Source: Azolla caroliniana (Eukaryota; Plantae; Polypodiophyta). Taken from it: a stretch of DNA of 64,000 nt. The stretch spans positions 5,456,001-5,520,000 of the forward strand of contig JBHGNT010000013.1 in NCBI GenBank assembly GCA_043228905.1, given 5' to 3'. The stretch's first letter is position 1; the number at the start of each line of letters is the position of its first letter. Both the position numbers and the translations under genes were made by a program. A model generated the notes under the pieces. The model was not told the DNA's origin. It saw only the letters and a list, made by a program, of their open reading frames with translations, and searched no databases. Positions 59,632-64,000 of this stretch are shown one piece after another.

Positions 59632-60052
59632 TGTTATTCTCTGACCGGACAAGGCCTAACACAAGGTGTCACGGAGACACTTCACCAAAGGGTGATTACG
59701 GCATAGGATTAAGATTCAACGCTTACACCGACTTACGTAGGTTACACGATTAGAGTGCTTTGGTTAATTACACGCGTAAGATATAACAGTAAGTACAGAA
59801 CGGAAATCAATACAGAAGTATAAACACCATATGCTCTATTAATTATCCGTTGCGCTTACAATGGGGTCCGGGCCTTTAAATAGGTTTCCGGCCCGTAGTA
59901 CAAAACGGTGCATATCGCACCTATTCGGGATCCGTCCGGATCTGGAACGGCATACCGTTTCCAGTCCGTCCGTCCACACTATGTTTATTTACAACCATAC
60001 TTAATTAATTCCTTCACTCCGTATTTTGGACTCCTTGCCGGCCGGTAACACA

Positions 60053-60069
60053 TGGCACGCCCGTGGGAC
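60053..60069 (+). promoter_or_regulatory. Antisense PBS-like site in the PPT position (element C)
   Basis: TGGCACGCCCGTGGGAC, 2 nt from the LTR. Confidence 0.7.
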
Positions 60070-60102
60070 AGTACCTTGTACGTCGAACCCTTCTCAGCCC
60101 CT

Positions 60103-62687
60103 TCATTGTTCACCCAAATTGTCCAAAATACTTTGTTCTAGAGTTTCCACTTGTTCTTCCGGTTGTGGTTGTTGCGGCTGTGCTTGCTGCTGCTGCTGTG
60201 GTTGCGGTTGGGACTGAGGCTGCTCCGGCTGCTCTATAGGCGGCTGCTCCGTTTGTTTCTCTGACTCCGGCATCTCTGTTTGACTGCTTCCGGTCCGGTC
60301 TCCTTCTAGTAACGGTTCCTCATCACTGAGGTTGACCGTAACCGGTGCTCGTTCTTTCTCTTCCCGGATCCGGGACCTCTCGTAGCTTTCAAACTGGATC
60401 TGCGCCTCCAGCCTGTCGTCGTCCAGCTGAGCTACAAGTTGCCGGACTTGCCCTAGTTGGTCGTCTGCCAAGGCTTGAAAGTCTTCGGCCAGCTCATCTC
60501 TTATGCCGGTGAAGTCTTCGGAAGTTAGCATATAGCAATCATCTCCCTCCTTCCGCCGGTTCTCAACGTCGGCCCGGAGCAATTGGAGTTCCGCCGCGTT
60601 CGTGGCCCACTTGGTCCACCATTTGACGGAACCGTTGTCAATCAAGCTCTTGGTCTGGTTCAACCAGGCCTGCATGATATCCTGGATGCGACTTGCTCCC
60701 ATTTGCGCTCTGCTTTCCACCACTTGTCGCTCCTCCTTCAACTGCTTGATGAGATTAGCCGTATCCTCCGCCTGCTCTCTGTAGCGCGTCAACTGCCCTT
60801 GATATGTTGTCTGCAGCCTCTGCAGTACCTCCGCCACTCTTTCTTTTTCCGCCTGCTGTTGCCTGAGGAGCTCTGTCCGAACCTTCTCCGCCTCTTCCAA
60901 CCGTCTTCTGGTTTCCGCTTGTTCCTTAGCGTATGCCGTTGTGGTCCGATCAACTGCTTGCCGGAGCTCATCTGTCCGTTCCTTGTGCTCCGTTTGCAAC
61001 CGTTTATATTCCCGGTGCAAGTGCTCAAATTCCTCCGTTTTTTGTTTGAGCTTGCCGTTGATCTGGCGATGGTTCCGGTCCTCCCGGTCCTTTACCTGCC
61101 GTAGTTCCTCTTTCAGGCGCTCTACTTCTGTTTCGGCGTTCCTCCGGAGCCTGTCCTTCTCTTGCAGCATTTTCTCCTTCTCCTCCTTGAGCCGGTCGTA
61201 TGCTTGGTGGCCTTTCCGTAAGCTCTCCTCGGCCCGGCGTAGATTCTCAGCAGTCTTTTTGAGTTCTGCCTCCGTTGCCGTCTTCAATTCTCTTTCGCTA
61301 GCTCATCCTTTACGTCCGCAAGCTCTTGGGCTTGTGCCGCATTTCTCTCCGGAACGGTTTCCGTTGCCGGGGTCTGATTGCTATGTACAGGTTGATCTGA
61401 CACTTTATTCTGTACATTGCCCGGAGTCACCGGTGCTTGGACTTGTGTTGTCAAAGCCATTTGAGCCATTTCCCTTGTGACCCTGTCCAAGTCTTGTTCA
61501 AGGCTCCGGATTCTGGACCGGGCCGTCTCCAGATCTACGGTTGTGACGAGCAACCGTTCGTGGTGCGCTCTCTCCTCCGCCTCTATGTACTCGACCACTC
61601 CGGCGATTTGCTCGCCAACCCACCGTAGCCACATGCTACTGGTGCCTTGCTGCTGTACTGGTCCTACTCCTTGGCCGCCGTGTGTGCTGGCTGGGCTCGC
61701 CGGCTGTTGAGTTCCGGTTCTCGCCGTCTCCGGAGCCGTTGGAATGACTTCTTCTATAGAAGTCGACAAGGCCGGTTTCATACGCACCGGTTCCGGTTCC
61801 TCCCTTGTGGTTTGCTCAGGTTGAGTTGGGGGCGTTTCTTCCTCTTGCGGGTACGAACGCTCCCCCGCTGTCCCGGCGGTCCTACTTCTTGACCGTCGTT
61901 GGAGGTGCTCTTCTGCCTCCTCCGTTTCCTCTTCCTGGGTAACGGCATGTTTCTGTGCCGTCAAGGGTTCCGGTTCCTTCTGTCCCGGTCGCCGTATGGT
62001 TATCTTAACGGGTCGGACCGGTGACACCTCCTCCGGTTCTGGGACCCGTTTCTTCCCTTTCGTCGCCTTCGACGCCAGCAGCTGCTGTCGTTTAGACGCG
62101 GGTTTCGAGGTGCTTCCTTCCGATAATCTTGGCCGCTTCTTTGGCTGGACGGTCTCGACCGGCGGCACTAGCAATGTTATCCACTGAGCTACGGCATGCC
62201 ACAGCTTCCGGCCCTCCTTGCCGTCCTTTCCTCGTACCATGTCGATTGCCGCGCACAAACCGTCTGCAATCAACACCGGCCAATCCACCTTGGTCCCTTC
62301 ATAGGTGGCTATGATCATCCCTGCCCGATTTTTTGGCATGACAGGGGGTCGGGGGTACACGTGGCCGTACTCATGGAGCACTCGAGCTATCTCCCTGAAT
62401 AGCGGATCTTCGCCGCCCTGCGTTCGATAGCCTTTGCCGGCAACAGAGTACTCACCGAAATATCGGATGAGTTGCTCCGAGGTTGGGTTATCGATCTGAA
62501 AGATACCTCCCTCCGGAAGGCCTGTTAGCGCACGGATCGCTTCCTCGGTGATGACCTCTGTGTCGAGTTCCTAGATGACCCAATCTGCTTCTCTGTGCGA
62601 TGGTGCCTCCATGATGGTCAAGAACCCATCCAGTCCGTGTTGCCTGAACCATTTCCTGGCCGCTTCCGACAGCGTTTGTGGTTCCAT
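60103..62687 (-). pseudogene. Gypsy C ORF3 (one stop at 62571, frameshift near 61290)
   Basis: Runs from MEPQTLSEAARKW to ILDNLGEQ, colinear with A and B. Confidence 0.85.
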
Positions 62688-63064
62688 GTCTGCTTCGAGG
62701 TCGAGGGAAGATGGCGAGGTAGAGTGGTGATGAGAGTGAGAGCGAGAGAGAGAGCGTTCCGAACGTGGGGGTTCTCTGAGTGCAGGTTCGCGTTTGCTAA
62801 GCTTCCACTGCCTTGGTGCTTCTGTGCTTCTTGGCTCGCGAAATGAAAAAAGGTCTCCATGCGTTCTGCTTCTTCTCTGTGCGTCTTGGCGCCTTTTTCG
62901 AGCATGCACACGTCGTGTACCAATTTAGTATTAAGTAGCGTGGCGACACTTAAATGCCCACTACGTACCTTTTCGCTCCTTGCTTTCACGTCCGTTCATA
63001 CCTCGATTTTTAATGATTTTTTTTTTTTTTTTTTTTTTCTTTCTCTTAATGACGGTATGTGATC

Positions 63065-64000
63065 TTACACATCCGTAGGTCCCTTCGGACCCTTACCGTT
63101 TTCCTTACGGGTTGCCGTGTCTTCCTTCGCATCTGCTACGGGTTCCCCGTCGTCTTTTTCTTCCATCCGTACCGTTCCCGGTATAGTGCCGCTGGGCTGC
63201 ATAAACGGGTTCTTTGGCATCGGTCCTTTATAGGGCTTTAGTCTAAATCCGTTGACCCACTTGCCTAGCACTTCACCGGCAAGTGTCCCTAACTGATAGG
63301 ACCCGTTGTATTCCCGTGTCAGCCAATACGGGCCTGTCCATCTAAACCGGAGTTTACCCGGCATCTTGCCCATCCTCGTTTGGAATACTAGCACCGGCTT
63401 TCCGATTTCAAACATCTTCTCATTACCTTTCCGGTGACGGTCGACGAACGCTTTCCGTCGTTGTTGCTCCAGTTCCATGTGTAGGATGTTGGCCAGCCGT
63501 TGCTCCTCCAGTTCGCATAGTGCTGCTAGCCGCGTTTCCTCCGACTCCTTTTCATTCAGCCGTTCTCGTAGTTGGATCCGTAAGCTTGGTACCTGAAACT
63601 CCACCGGCATGACCGCCTCTAAGCCGAACGCTAACCGGAACGACGTTGTCCGGATACTTGTTTTGTATGCCGTTCGGTACGCCCATAGCGCGCTATGGAG
63701 CTTTGTATCCCAGTCCGTCCGGTTTTCATTGACGATTTTGCGGAGAATGTTCTGCAACGTTTTGTTGGTGGACTCTGCTAACCCGTTCGCTTGTGGGTAG
63801 TACGGTGTGCTCCGTTTATGGACCACGGCATAGAACGTTGTTAAGCTTTCAACTACCTGGCCGAGGAAGTGCCCTCCTTGGTCGCTGATTAATTCAATCG
63901 GACATCCATATCGGCACCAAATGTTCTCGTACAGGAATTTTGCTGTGGATGACGCGGTATTGTCTCTCAAGGCCTTAGCCTCCACCCATTTAGTGCAATA
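63065..64000 (-). CDS. Gypsy C pol C-terminus (integrase core and GPY), partial
   Basis: Near identical to the last ~306 aa of the B polyprotein. Confidence 0.92.
   Translation of the reverse strand, partial: YCTKWVEAKALRDNTASSTAKFLYENIWCRYGCPIELISDQGGHFLGQVVESLTTFYAVVHKRSTPYYPQANGLAESTNKTLQNILRKIVNENRTDWDTKLHSALWAYRTAYKTSIRTTSFRLAFGLEAVMPVEFQVPSLRIQLRERLNEKESEETRLAALCELEEQRLANILHMELEQQRRKAFVDRHRKGNEKMFEIGKPVLVFQTRMGKMPGKLRFRWTGPYWLTREYNGSYQLGTLAGEVLGKWVNGFRLKPYKGPMPKNPFMQPSGTIPGTVRMEEKDDGEPVADAKEDTATRKENGKGPKGPTDV

Larger units (their letters stand above)
59632..64000 (-). mobile_element. Gypsy element C (B subfamily), 3' half; runs off the window
   Basis: 3' LTR 59632-60050 nearly identical to the B LTRs, followed by ORF3 and integrase. 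Confidence 0.95.

Overview
Eukaryotic nuclear heterochromatin from a seed-free land plant, most likely a fern or hornwort, inferred from a NUMT that needs massive U-to-C editing. No host nuclear protein gene was found. The window is a deep nest of LTR retrotransposons. It holds three copies of a non-chromovirus Ty3/Gypsy family with an extra 3' coiled-coil ORF (3305-13312 +, 13453-22815 -, 59632-end -) plus two older relatives, four copies of one Ty1/Copia family, several Tnt1/Tork-like Copia pieces and solo LTRs, a divergent fungal-like Gypsy and a chromovirus integrase fragment. The ORF track misses two features: a ~1.4 kb mitochondrial insertion (group II intron domain V, nad1 last exon, full-length unedited rps12 with 9 in-frame stops) and a tandem array of five decayed tRNA-Asp genes. 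The most striking observation is that all three Gypsy copies lack a polypurine tract. Instead, 2 nt before the 3' LTR, they carry a conserved copy of a tRNA-Arg 3' end (...GTCCCACGGGYGTGCCA), which is a second PBS on the opposite strand and suggests tRNA-primed plus-strand synthesis. tRNA and protein family assignments are from recalled consensus sequences, not database searches.
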